Assembly: GCA_963813495.1 (NCBI GenBank)
Contig: CAWEZC010000004.1
Location: 80,483-144,482 of the forward strand
Direction: 5' to 3'
Length of the DNA stretch: 64,000 bases
Source of the DNA: an uncultured Thermoleophilaceae bacterium
GTDB taxonomy: Bacteria; Actinomycetota; Thermoleophilia; Solirubrobacterales; Thermoleophilaceae
Shown: positions 63,447 to 64,000 of the stretch, piece by piece
Layout of the letters: every line of letters begins with the position of its first letter
How positions within the stretch are numbered: the first letter of the stretch is position 1
Position numbers and translations under genes: made by a program
Notes under the pieces: model-generated
Databases searched by the model: none
What the model saw: only the letters and a program-made list of their open reading frames with translations
Told to the model about the DNA's origin: nothing

Positions 63447-64000
63447 CGGTCGATGCCCCCCAGGATCGGGTCGAGCATGGCCACACAGGCGATGAAGTCG
63501 GCGATCAACGAGTCCTTGGCCATGTCCGGGAGCGCCTGCAGGTTCGCGAAGCTGGGGTCGCGGAAGTGCACGCGCGCCGGCTTGGCCGAGCCGTCGGCCA
63601 GGACAAAGCAGCCGAGCTCGCCGCGGGGCGACTCGATCGCCGTGTAGGTCTCGCCCGGAGGCACGCGGAAGCCCTCGGTGACGAGCTTGAAGTGATGGAT
63701 CAGGGCCTCCATCGAGGTGGCCAGCTCATGCCGGGGTGGAAGCGCGATCTTGCGGTCGTCGGTGATCCAGGGGCCCTCGGGTAGCCCGTCGAGCGCCTGC
63801 TCGACGATCCGCAGCGACTGGCGCATCTCGTCGAGGCGGACCTTGTAGCGGTCGAAGTTGTCGCCCACGCTGCCCACCGGCACGTTGAAGTCGAAGTGCT
63901 CGTAGGACGAGTAGGGCATGGCCTTGCGCAGGTCCCAGGGATGCCCGGTGGCCCGCAGCAGCGGCCCGGTCACGCCCAGCTCGAGTGCGCGCTGCTGGGA
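63443..64000 (-). CDS. nuoD: NADH-quinone oxidoreductase subunit D (C-terminal part; 5' end lies outside the window)
   Basis: '[17 protein letters not shown]', '[12 protein letters not shown]' and '[20 protein letters not shown]' form the NuoD C-terminus. The frame is open to the window edge. Confidence 0.94.
   Translation of the reverse strand, partial: SQQRALELGVTGPLLRATGHPWDLRKAMPYSSYEHFDFNVPVGSVGDNFDRYKVRLDEMRQSLRIVEQALDGLPEGPWITDDRKIALPPRHELATSMEALIHHFKLVTEGFRVPPGETYTAIESPRGELGCFVLADGSAKPARVHFRDPSFANLQALPDMAKDSLIADFIACVAMLDPILGGIDR

Overview
This is a gene-dense, high-GC (about 70% by eye) chromosomal segment that looks like Actinomycetota. I call about 68 protein-coding features and found no rRNA, tRNA, CRISPR array, transposase or integrase. 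Long Arg/Ala/Pro-rich shadow ORFs lie opposite real genes throughout, as expected at this GC content.

Content, left to right:
- 1-27.6 kb: housekeeping and redox genes. These include citrate synthase, a PfkB kinase, a quinone reductase, an operon of DEAD-box helicase, cyclophilin and two thioredoxin-fold proteins, rpiB, mutM, bcp, an ECF sigma/anti-sigma pair, trpB2 and rpe.
- 27.6-30.2 kb: three secreted proteins, partly in a lower-GC islet.
- 30.2-34.3 kb: a translationally coupled operon of an Fe-S protein, an FAD oxidase, a small ORF and an F420-type LLM.
- 34.4-40.9 kb: a long ThyX, a PhoD-like phosphatase, and proline dehydrogenase with P5C dehydrogenase.
- 41.0-42.4 kb: a fusion of a PHP domain and APS kinase.
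- 43.8-49.7 kb: one co-directional block of two Tat-exported sulfatase-fold proteins, a DHA2 MFS exporter and an APH(6)-like kinase.
- 49.7-64.0 kb: fadD, then complex I genes nuoD to nuoN.

Best candidates for something undescribed:
- The kinase / exporter / exported-hydrolase block. Neither hydrolase has the formylglycine Cys/Ser: one has Thr and the other looks catalytically dead.
- The PHP-APS kinase fusion.

There are also two apparent single-base frameshifts (nuoF and a cupredoxin lipoprotein), a TetR remnant, and a perfect tandem hairpin repeat. All functional calls rest on motif recognition by eye. No database search was run.
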